Shown here piece by piece: positions 8,848 to 17,257 of a stretch of DNA of 64,000 bases; position 1 is the first letter of the stretch, and the number at the start of each line of letters is the position of its first letter. The DNA lies in IMG/VR virus record IMGVR_UViG_3300027971_004105, one strand, 5' to 3'. The stretch is from a virus. Taxonomy: Duplodnaviria > Caudoviricetes. A program made the position numbers and the translations under genes. The notes below the pieces were generated by a model that worked only from the letters and a program-made list of their open reading frames with translations, searched no databases and was not told where the DNA came from.

Positions 8848-9677
8848 AAAATACTATCAAACTCATTCAACCCATATTTGTGAATGACACACACCAATCT
8901 TATGATTCAGGATTGGGAGAACACAATCAAAACTATTGTGTGACGGATGCTGTGCAAAGAATTCGCACAGATATTTCTTTGGGACAACAGAATTTTTTAT
9001 TGTTCGTTACCACAAAAAACAAATCAGATCAGCCCAATTGGCAGTCACATCAACACATAGCTCAACAGATCAAAACAACATTTGGTGATCAAATATACTT
9101 GATTGCTGATGTTTGTTTGTGTGGTGTTAGAACAGATGGTCATTGCTGTGTGCCTGATGATGCTGTGTTAACACAAAAACATTTGGGTGAATTGGCACAA
9201 GCATATCTCACAGCAGGTGTGGATTGTGTGGCACCCAGTGACATGCAACCATTCACAGTGGCCACTATAAAATCCATCACTGACCGACCAGTGATGAGTT
9301 ATTCCACCAAGTTTCGCAGTGCTTTGTATGCACCTTTTAGATTGGCAGTGGACAGCACGCCCAACACAGAACGTTGGTATCAATTGGATGTGCGGGATCG
9401 TGATGCTGCTGTGAAAAGTTCTATCAATTATTCAAGTCAAGGTGCAGATTTTTTAATGGTTAAACCAGGCATGAGCAGCATTGATTTGATCAAGCCCATC
9501 ATGGATGCCACTGGTAAACCTGTGGGAGTGTATCAAACTTCAGGAGAATGGGTGGCCATACAATCCAGCACAGTGAAGGATAAATTGTTGCAGGAAAGCA
9601 TGTGGGTATTCATCAGAGCAGGTGCAGATTTTATGATATCATATGGGGCAAGACTGCTGCAAAAATCACTTAAATAA
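8823..9677 (+). CDS. hemB: Porphobilinogen synthase (delta-aminolevulinate dehydratase), lacking N-terminal arm
   Basis: Zn triad DVCLCGVRTDGHC, APSDM, Schiff-base lysines in MSYSTKF and DFLMVKPG, YQTSGEW, RAGADFMISY; start codon uncertain. Confidence 0.9.
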   Translation: MFCSEKKLKNTIKLIQPIFVNDTHQSYDSGLGEHNQNYCVTDAVQRIRTDISLGQQNFLLFVTTKNKSDQPNWQSHQHIAQQIKTTFGDQIYLIADVCLCGVRTDGHCCVPDDAVLTQKHLGELAQAYLTAGVDCVAPSDMQPFTVATIKSITDRPVMSYSTKFRSALYAPFRLAVDSTPNTERWYQLDVRDRDAAVKSSINYSSQGADFLMVKPGMSSIDLIKPIMDATGKPVGVYQTSGEWVAIQSSTVKDKLLQESMWVFIRAGADFMISYGARLLQKSLK

Positions 9678-9681
9678 TTGC

Positions 9682-9963
9682 ATGGCAGATCAAACAGAAA
9701 AAGAATTGATGCAATCATACCTAGCTCAGAGGAAACAACTGGACACATGGATCCGACATCACCCCATGTTTGCACATGAAATACAAAGAATCAAAAAACA
9801 CATTGACAAACTGATGAACCAGCGTGCGGATCTGTTGATACAGTATCGTCAAACTCGTCGAGAACACTTCAAAGAGCAGGCCAGAATAGTGTTGTTGCAG
9901 GCTCAAAATCATCTGAAAACATTTTCAAAACTAGAGCTATTAGCTACCCTGTCCAAAAGATAA
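9682..9963 (+). CDS. Hypothetical helical protein, 93 aa
   Basis: ATG 9682 lies 5 nt after TAAATA (9671-9676), so it is preferred over ATG 9643. Confidence 0.65.
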   Translation: MADQTEKELMQSYLAQRKQLDTWIRHHPMFAHEIQRIKKHIDKLMNQRADLLIQYRQTRREHFKEQARIVLLQAQNHLKTFSKLELLATLSKR

Positions 9964-10043
9964 ATACTTGCGTTCAACACATGGTTGAACTTATGCGGTT
10001 TAACCCACCGCGTATAACATAGAACGTTAACAGGAGAAAACAA
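9961..10043 (+). promoter_or_regulatory. TAAATA motif followed by a two-hairpin 5' leader
   Basis: TAAATA 9961-9966; hairpins 9972-9990 and 9992-10014; SD CAGGAG at 10031. Confidence 0.5.
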
Positions 10044-10436
10044 ATGGGAAGACCAGTAAGATCAGACCGTAATGGAGTGCAAGTATTTGGAACATACGTG
10101 GGCGCTGCAGAAGGTATCAGATGTGAAGCCTACATAGGTGGAACAAACCAATCAGATGTGTTTATCATAAAACAATTAGGTGCTAGAAGATACAAAGTAC
10201 AAGAAGTATCAGGATCAGTCACAGCAAGAGCTAAACTTGTGTCTGGTGTACCAGCAGCAGCAGGTGAAATGAGATTGACCGGACATTTAAACGGTGATCC
10301 AGCTCAACCAATTGTGTTGAGCAAATTGAACAAACGCACAGCAGCGAGCTACGCAGGAGCCAGATATAAATGGGTACTGAATGATGACTCAGCTACAGGC
10401 GAAGAAGGCAGAATAAATTTAACACTAATATCATAA
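10044..10436 (+). CDS. Hypothetical virion-associated protein, 130 aa
   Basis: Good SD; first gene after a late motif in the structural cluster. Confidence 0.6.
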   Translation: MGRPVRSDRNGVQVFGTYVGAAEGIRCEAYIGGTNQSDVFIIKQLGARRYKVQEVSGSVTARAKLVSGVPAAAGEMRLTGHLNGDPAQPIVLSKLNKRTAASYAGARYKWVLNDDSATGEEGRINLTLIS

Positions 10437-10446
10437 TACCACCACA

Positions 10447-10468
10447 TTGGGGGGAGCAATCCCCCCAA
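10447..10468 (+). other. Strong 9-bp hairpin with GCAA tetraloop
   Basis: TTGGGGGGA-GCAA-TCCCCCCAA followed by A9 and ATG 10482. Confidence 0.8.
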
Positions 10469-10481
10469 ATTAAAAAAAAAT

Positions 10482-11444
10482 ATGTCAAAGTTTTTGAGAG
10501 TTTTAGACGGCAATTACAACATCAAAGTTCAGCCAGGTGGCGAAATCACACTGGACACTGGTTTGGAAGTTGGCACAGTAAGAATCACAGGCAATTTGGT
10601 TGTGGAAGGAGATGCCACCACAGTAGAATCTGAAAATTTAGTAGTCAAAGATAACATTATCATAATCAATGATCAAGAAGCTGGTGCAGGTGTCACTCTA
10701 GGCACAGCAGGCATAAGAATTGACCGAGGCAATCAAACAGACGCTGAACTTTTGTATGATGAATCACTCAGTCCATACAATCCTGCCACAGCAACCAATG
10801 CAGACGGAGCATTTGTTTTACAATTTGCAAATTCAGATCCCATAGGATTGAGAACCAACAGCATCAGTTCTGGTGGAGAAATTGCTCTACAACCAGGCGG
10901 CAGCGGAGCAGTGTTGGCATACAAAGTCAACTATGAAACATTTGTTACACAAAACAATCACATTCCCAATAAAAAATATGTGGATGATGAAATTGCCACT
11001 GCTGTTGCCACACTAGCACCCACATTCATTGAGCGAGGAGACACCGAAGTCAGAGTGTATGACACCACATTGGGAGATCCCATCAGCAAAGCCACAGTGG
11101 AAATTGATGGAACGCTGACCAATACTTTTTTAGCCAATCAAGTGGATTTCTTGCAAGATCAGATCAACTTGGCAGAAATCAGAATTGAAGAAAGCACCAT
11201 TTCAGCACCAGGCACTGGTGGTGATTTAGTACTGCAGGCTCAAGGATCACAATCAGTAAGAATTGATGACACACTGCTGATCAAATCAGCAGCAATTGCA
11301 CCCACATATGACGGAATTGGTTTAAAACTGTACACTGGCGCTCAAAGCACAGGCAAAACTGGATTGTTTTATGTAAATAGTACTAACACCAGAGACGAGA
11401 TCATCAGTAAAAATAGATCTTTGCTCTTTAGCATGATATTTTAG
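10482..11444 (+). CDS. Tail fibre/baseplate-associated structural protein
   Basis: 320 aa beta-rich; GNLVVEG and NKKYVD fibre-type motifs; hydrophobic C-terminus LLFSMIF. Confidence 0.6.
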   Translation: MSKFLRVLDGNYNIKVQPGGEITLDTGLEVGTVRITGNLVVEGDATTVESENLVVKDNIIIINDQEAGAGVTLGTAGIRIDRGNQTDAELLYDESLSPYNPATATNADGAFVLQFANSDPIGLRTNSISSGGEIALQPGGSGAVLAYKVNYETFVTQNNHIPNKKYVDDEIATAVATLAPTFIERGDTEVRVYDTTLGDPISKATVEIDGTLTNTFLANQVDFLQDQINLAEIRIEESTISAPGTGGDLVLQAQGSQSVRIDDTLLIKSAAIAPTYDGIGLKLYTGAQSTGKTGLFYVNSTNTRDEIISKNRSLLFSMIF

Positions 11445-11452
11445 GAGTAGAT

Positions 11453-11776
11453 ATGGCCATTGACAACGCACAATTAAGCACAGGATCACCAATAGCATTC
11501 ACAGTGCCTGCCAACCAAAGTTGGGCATTCACCACCATACTGGTGTGCAACAAAGGATCTGGCAGTTGTACTTTTTCATTGTATGCTGTGAAAGATACAG
11601 AAGCTGTGAGCGACACCAAAAATAAAATTGTTAACACTGCCACAGTGGAAGCTGGCGACACTTTTATTATGGACAGTGAAAAAATTATTTTAGAGGATGG
11701 CGACAAACTGTCATTTCAACAAAACGGTGGCACTAATGGTGACTTACTGGTGACGGTGAGTTACATTATAGTGTAA
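11453..11776 (+). CDS. Small beta-sandwich-type virion protein (paralogue of 21037 and 35033)
   Basis: 107 aa, alternating beta pattern, similar layout to the two other about 107-aa ORFs. Confidence 0.6.
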   Translation: MAIDNAQLSTGSPIAFTVPANQSWAFTTILVCNKGSGSCTFSLYAVKDTEAVSDTKNKIVNTATVEAGDTFIMDSEKIILEDGDKLSFQQNGGTNGDLLVTVSYIIV

Positions 11777-13098
11777 TGAGATATTTAAAAAAACAAACCA
11801 CCAATCAATCTTCTTTGAATGGCCGAGGCATCAAATTCAGTGCGCAAGAATTAGCCACCATAGACAGTGTGAGTGCATTGCTGTTGCCCAAAGGCAGCAC
11901 AGGTGCAAGACCTTCACCAGTGGAAGGCATGATACGCTACAATACCACCACTCAGAATTTTGAAGCATATGAAGCCAATCCTGCATTTGGAACTCCAGGT
12001 TGGAAAAAATTTAGAACTGATGAACCCAAAACTATTTATTCGCAAAACTTAGGCAACGGCGACAATGTGGAACAACTGTTCGGACCATTGGATGCCAATG
12101 ATCCAGTGTCACCAGTGCCCAGTGCTCCAGCACAGGTGTTGACCATGGTGGAGAACGTGTTGCAGATTCCCACCACCAACTACATATTCATACAAAATCC
12201 CTGCTATTACAGCAGTGCTCTAATAAGTTTTTTTGCTGATATTAGCACATCCGGTAAGTCAGGTGCAGGTGCATTTGCTCCAGGCACATCTGCCGCATTC
12301 AGCAACAACGCAGCAGTGGTGGATTTTGCAGACGCAGGTTTTTATGTGGGACAGACTATTTTTGTGTCTGGCAGCACCAACAACAACGGATACTACACCG
12401 TGGCTTCAGTGGCTCCTACTTTTTTAGAAATCAATGAAACATTCATCAATGAAAATGATCCAGGTTATGCCACCACAGAAACTATTGAAGGTTTGGTGAA
12501 CCAATCTGTAGTGACTGGCACATTCAGCCAAACACAGGACAGCACAGCAGATGTGATAGTGCTCAACAGCACTGCTGGTCTGGAAGTGAACAACATGATT
12601 ATATTTGATACTGCTTCAGGCAATATCATTGCTGACACCATATACTTTGTAAAAACTATTTCTGGCAATCAGATCAGCATCAGTGCCACTGCAGGCGGCA
12701 GCACATTTAATTTGGGCGATTCTGCTATCACAGGCAACTGGTGTGCAGGAGTGGGATATGGTAGACAACCTTCAGGCAGCACCATAGCATCTGCGACCAC
12801 CACTGGCACCAATCTAATCACAGTTGTAACCACAGCCAGCATGGCAGTGGGTCAGGAGATCAGTTTCACAGGCACAGCATTTGGCAATCTAGTGGATGGC
12901 ACAACTTATTACATTGTTAACATAGCATCAGGCACCACTTTGCAGATCAGTGCCACATACGGTGGCCCAGTGTTTGCACTCACCACTGCAACTGGATACA
13001 TGCAAGTGTCCACATTGGGCAACAATCTATACATGTATTTCGGCACACCAGTGCCAGCAGGCAAACCTGTCACTGTGTTGCACAACTTTGACAAATAA
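11776..13098 (+). CDS. Virion structural protein with repeated beta modules
   Basis: LPKGSTGARP..EGMIRYNTTTQNFEAY fibre motif; two copies of the FG..YY..ISAT.GG module. Confidence 0.65.
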   Translation: MRYLKKQTTNQSSLNGRGIKFSAQELATIDSVSALLLPKGSTGARPSPVEGMIRYNTTTQNFEAYEANPAFGTPGWKKFRTDEPKTIYSQNLGNGDNVEQLFGPLDANDPVSPVPSAPAQVLTMVENVLQIPTTNYIFIQNPCYYSSALISFFADISTSGKSGAGAFAPGTSAAFSNNAAVVDFADAGFYVGQTIFVSGSTNNNGYYTVASVAPTFLEINETFINENDPGYATTETIEGLVNQSVVTGTFSQTQDSTADVIVLNSTAGLEVNNMIIFDTASGNIIADTIYFVKTISGNQISISATAGGSTFNLGDSAITGNWCAGVGYGRQPSGSTIASATTTGTNLITVVTTASMAVGQEISFTGTAFGNLVDGTTYYIVNIASGTTLQISATYGGPVFALTTATGYMQVSTLGNNLYMYFGTPVPAGKPVTVLHNFDK

Positions 13099-13117
13099 TA
13101 TTTGTTATCACAGCAAA

Positions 13118-13123
13118 TAAATA
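13118..13123 (+). promoter_or_regulatory. TAAATA late-promoter-like motif
   Basis: Intergenic; SD AAGGAG before ATG 13145. Confidence 0.6.
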
Positions 13124-13144
13124 CTACACACAACAAGGAGACGC

Positions 13145-16100
13145 ATGCCTAATCCGGTAGGACGAATATCAGGCCCTTTGCTGAGAAGCAATCTACAACG
13201 CACAGATGATCTGGCTTTTGAAACAGATCTGTTGTACATCAACCATTCAGGGTCTCGCATAGGTGTCAAAACAGATTCACCCACCAGACCTCTTCAGGTC
13301 AATGGCACATTAAATTCCAACAACATCATAGCCACCAATTCAGCTGTGTTTGGCGACATGACATTCAACAGCACTGGTATCAGTGCATTGAGCGGTGTGA
13401 TATCCATCACATCTGCAGGCACCATTGAAGCTCCGAATTTGCGTGTGGGCGATATTTTTTTCGATGGCAATGTGTTAGGTACCTATACCACTGATTCAGA
13501 TCTGCAGCTGGAAGCCAACGGCACAGGTTCTGTGATGTTCAACAGCAGCGTGGAAGTGACCGGCAACATACATGCCACAGGAGATATCACAGCAGATGGC
13601 AACATTGTGATAGGCACTGGTGATGAAGACAATCTATCTTTTGGTGCTGATCTTGCTTCAGACATTTTACCCAATGTTTCTGCCACACCTCTCACAGCAG
13701 CCGTGATCACATCAGGCAGTTGTCCTGAAACTTGGGCTGTGCCAAGAACATTGTCAGTGATAGGCACACTGAATGGCAAAAATCGTTACAACTATTTTAA
13801 TGAATATTTGGAGTGGACCGGAACATTTTGGAAATATTGGAACACCACTGTGGGTCCTGCTGCATACTATCGCAGTGATGATGTGACCACTTTTCCTTGG
13901 CAAGCCACCACATGGACTGCTGTGGGAGGACTGGGGACACCAGTGCCTATTTTTTCTCAACAGAGCAGCACAGGTTTCAACATAGGTGGTTCTCCCAGCA
14001 AACGTTGGGCAAATTACGAAGGCAAACAGGGTGATGTGGCTAATAATATTTTAGTGGATGACAATGTGAGTTTGGCAGGTATCACAGTGAATTTGGGCAT
14101 TGAAAACAAATTCTATGTGAGTGTTAATGGAGTAGACACCAATCCTGGAGATCATCCTAATTTTGCTTTTGCCACATTATCCACAGCATTGTCTGCTGCT
14201 CAAACAGCAGGTGGCAACAATCTCATAATGATCATGCCAGGTGAATACACAGAAACTTTTCCTTTGACCATTCCTGCCAACACCACTGTGAAAGGATCAG
14301 GAATCAGAACAGTGAGCATCATGCCAGACACCAGTTCACAAAGTCAAGATGCTTTCAGACTCAACAACAACACCACAGTGAGTGATTTGACCATTAGAAA
14401 TTTTTACAGTCCAGGATATGCTTTTAGATTTGCCAACAATATAAATGTGACCACCAAATCCCCCTACATACAAAATGTCACTGTGATCACTGCAGGTTCT
14501 GTGACATCAGGTTCAGATCCTAGAGGATTTGACGCAGGTGATGCGGGTAAAGGAGCACTGGTGGATGGCAGTGTGGTGAATGCAGCCAGCAATCAAGCCA
14601 GCATGTTGTTCAATGCAGTGACGTTTATCACACCTGGTGTGGATGCTGTGACCATGACCAACGGAGTGAGGGTGGAGTTTATTGATTCATTCACTTATTT
14701 TGCCAACAGAAGTTTGTATGCCACCAACGGCTCTTTGGGATTTGCCAGTATAGGTAATTCTGTTTATGGATTTGACAGTATTGTAGCATTTTATGGACAA
14801 AACGGAATTGTACTAACCGGAGCAGGCGGCAAAACGGTAACTGTTAACGTTTCAAATGTTGGAGTAGTAACTGTTGTTAGCGTAGATACAGGCGCTGAAT
14901 CTGGATACTATACATCCACTGGCGGAACTACCTGGGTTTTTACAGCAGGCAAATTTGGTGCTGAAGTGAGAGTGATTGCCAGTGCATCTGTGTACGGAAA
15001 TTATGGCGCAGTTGCAGATGGTGATCAAACACTGATGTATCTGATCAATCACAACATGGCTTATGTGGGTTCTGGCAAAGATGTGACCAATGATAGAAGT
15101 TTAGTAGTGCAGGCACAGGAAACTGTGGAATTAAATTCTGGAAGGATCTATTATCAGAGTCAAGATCAGAGTGGCAATTTTAGAGTGGGAGATGTGTTTG
15201 AAGTAAACTTTGATACAGGATTTGTTGATCTGGCTCCTGGCAGTTTTGCTTTCAGTGGTTCCAGCCTCACAGTGGGCACTCCTGGATCTCAAACATTCAT
15301 AGACGCAGACAAAATCACGTTGCCCAACTTTACCATATCAGGCAACACCATCAAAAGTGATATCAATGAAGTGAACATCACTGCAGCAGACAACAATATT
15401 AATTTTTTAACCAACACCAATATCAATAATGATTTAGCAATATCAGGCGACGTTACTATTGGTGGCAGTCTAATCAATCTAGGTAATCAGGTCACTGATA
15501 CCATTGATTTTGAAATGGAATTCATCAGTGATATCATACCAGCTGTGGACAATGTGTACAATCTAGGTCAAGGAAGTGGTGGTAGTTTAACTTTTTCTAG
15601 TAGTAATTATCTTTCTTTAAGTGCTCCTCAAACGATAGGCACACAAGCGTTTACCTTTGAATGTTTCTTTTATACAGCTAGTAATGGACTACAGACACTG
15701 CTAGGAGCGACGTCTGCTGGAGCAATGTCAATATGGTTGTTTGGTGACGGAACTAATCCAGTAACCACTATACAAATTGATAGATCCTATGTTGATGCTG
15801 CTCAATACACAGTTAGTCCCATAACCATAAACACATGGCATCACATTGCAGTCACAAGAGACAGTTCAAACAATATGTCAGTATTTTTAGATGGTGTCAA
15901 AGCTACTGGATCCACATCAAATACCACAAACTACACTGGACCCAGCGGGTTAATTGGAGCAGTTGCAGGATCTGGTTATTATTTTACAGGATATTTGACG
16001 CAGATAAAATTAGCTGTAGGCTCAAACTATTACAATCCAACTGCATCCAGTATCTCAGTTCCCACAACATCATTAACAACCAGTGCAAATACAAAGTTAT

Positions 16101-17098
16101 TGTTAACTGTGGCTACTAGTGGTGCATACCTTACAGATATCAGCGGAACACAAACAATATCTAATATAGGTGTAGTTACTTACGGCACAGTTTCACCATT
16201 CACAGCATTGAATTGGGACAATGTGTACACCCGTGAGTTTGTGGTGGGAGATATCACTATCTCAGACAATTACATGGTGGCCAATCAGAGCAACATAGAT
16301 CTAGTGATTCAAGCCAATGGCACTGGCAGAGTGGTTGTGGACAATTTAAGATTCAAAACATTGGTGGACAGCACCTCGGGCAACATCAACATTGCCAACA
16401 GCAGCAGAACCACAAATTTTACCGGCAAAGCCATACAGTTGCCCACAGGCAATGCAGCACAGCGACCCAATGTGAATGCAGATCTGCGATACAATTCTGT
16501 CACTGGACAGTTTGAAGGCTACAATGGCGCTGCTTTGATTTTGGGAGGTGTGAAAGATTTAGATCAGGACACCAGAATTGAACTCAACAGTGATCAATTT
16601 TATTTCTATGCCAATGGAGTTAACACTGGAAGAATAGACACTGCAGGTAACTTGATCGTGAATCGTTTTCACAGTCAATCACAATTTGCCTTGAACGACA
16701 ACACAGTCACAGTGGGATCTGCCACACCAGGCACAGTGGCAGGCATGACTGCCAACGGCACAGGAGTGGTGCAGTTTGACACCAGCAATTATGTGTTCAA
16801 CAACGGCACCATACGCAACACAGTCACCAACAGTGACATACTGTTTCAGATGACTGGTGTACAGAAAGAACAAAAAGTAGAATTTCGTGCCAACAACAAA
16901 GCAGTGCGTGTGCCATTTGGTAATACTCTTCAAAGAAATCCTGGAGTGGTTGGAGAAATATACTACAACACTCAAGCACAAAAACTGCAGGTTTACAGCG
17001 GCAGCACTTGGAATGATGCTGCTGGAGCTACCTTGGTCACAGTGACCACTGAAGTGGCTCAAGACTTGGATGTCATCTACAACTTAATTCTAGCATAA
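13145..17098 (+). CDS. Large tail fibre/spike protein with beta-helix-like and LamG (ConA-like) domains
   Basis: 1317 aa; KSPYIQNV beta-helix region, FTFECFFY...WHHIAVTR LamG motif, DQSGNFRVG; paralogue of 17258. Confidence 0.75.
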   Translation: MPNPVGRISGPLLRSNLQRTDDLAFETDLLYINHSGSRIGVKTDSPTRPLQVNGTLNSNNIIATNSAVFGDMTFNSTGISALSGVISITSAGTIEAPNLRVGDIFFDGNVLGTYTTDSDLQLEANGTGSVMFNSSVEVTGNIHATGDITADGNIVIGTGDEDNLSFGADLASDILPNVSATPLTAAVITSGSCPETWAVPRTLSVIGTLNGKNRYNYFNEYLEWTGTFWKYWNTTVGPAAYYRSDDVTTFPWQATTWTAVGGLGTPVPIFSQQSSTGFNIGGSPSKRWANYEGKQGDVANNILVDDNVSLAGITVNLGIENKFYVSVNGVDTNPGDHPNFAFATLSTALSAAQTAGGNNLIMIMPGEYTETFPLTIPANTTVKGSGIRTVSIMPDTSSQSQDAFRLNNNTTVSDLTIRNFYSPGYAFRFANNINVTTKSPYIQNVTVITAGSVTSGSDPRGFDAGDAGKGALVDGSVVNAASNQASMLFNAVTFITPGVDAVTMTNGVRVEFIDSFTYFANRSLYATNGSLGFASIGNSVYGFDSIVAFYGQNGIVLTGAGGKTVTVNVSNVGVVTVVSVDTGAESGYYTSTGGTTWVFTAGKFGAEVRVIASASVYGNYGAVADGDQTLMYLINHNMAYVGSGKDVTNDRSLVVQAQETVELNSGRIYYQSQDQSGNFRVGDVFEVNFDTGFVDLAPGSFAFSGSSLTVGTPGSQTFIDADKITLPNFTISGNTIKSDINEVNITAADNNINFLTNTNINNDLAISGDVTIGGSLINLGNQVTDTIDFEMEFISDIIPAVDNVYNLGQGSGGSLTFSSSNYLSLSAPQTIGTQAFTFECFFYTASNGLQTLLGATSAGAMSIWLFGDGTNPVTTIQIDRSYVDAAQYTVSPITINTWHHIAVTRDSSNNMSVFLDGVKATGSTSNTTNYTGPSGLIGAVAGSGYYFTGYLTQIKLAVGSNYYNPTASSISVPTTSLTTSANTKLLLTVATSGAYLTDISGTQTISNIGVVTYGTVSPFTALNWDNVYTREFVVGDITISDNYMVANQSNIDLVIQANGTGRVVVDNLRFKTLVDSTSGNINIANSSRTTNFTGKAIQLPTGNAAQRPNVNADLRYNSVTGQFEGYNGAALILGGVKDLDQDTRIELNSDQFYFYANGVNTGRIDTAGNLIVNRFHSQSQFALNDNTVTVGSATPGTVAGMTANGTGVVQFDTSNYVFNNGTIRNTVTNSDILFQMTGVQKEQKVEFRANNKAVRVPFGNTLQRNPGVVGEIYYNTQAQKLQVYSGSTWNDAAGATLVTVTTEVAQDLDVIYNLILA

Positions 17099-17122
17099 CA
17101 GAACTAAATCCACCAAAATCAA

Positions 17123-17257
17123 TAAATACACTTAATGCTGAGATCTGACCAAGATTTCTGCAGGACAAACCGTGGTTCAACCCGCGAAGAGCTTTGATCT
17201 ATCCAAAGATGAAAAGGTGGTTGGTGGCACAAGGATGCCCGTTTAAAGGAGAAAAGC
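17123..17257 (+). ncRNA. Candidate structured cis-regulatory leader RNA downstream of TAAATA
   Basis: About 130-nt GC-richer leader with four hand-folded hairpins and possible pseudoknot; no family recognised. Confidence 0.4.

Noticed and set aside
10447-10480. Hairpin as an intrinsic terminator
   Set aside because: No U-tract 3' of the stem on either strand
17170-17190. GGTTCAACCC as a tRNA T-arm
   Set aside because: No acceptor, D or anticodon arms at the right spacing; no cloverleaf
17136-17240. Assignment of the leader to c-di-GMP-I riboswitch or hammerhead ribozyme
   Set aside because: Lacks the GNRA tetraloop/receptor pair and the CUGANGA...GAAA core in correct geometry; left unassigned
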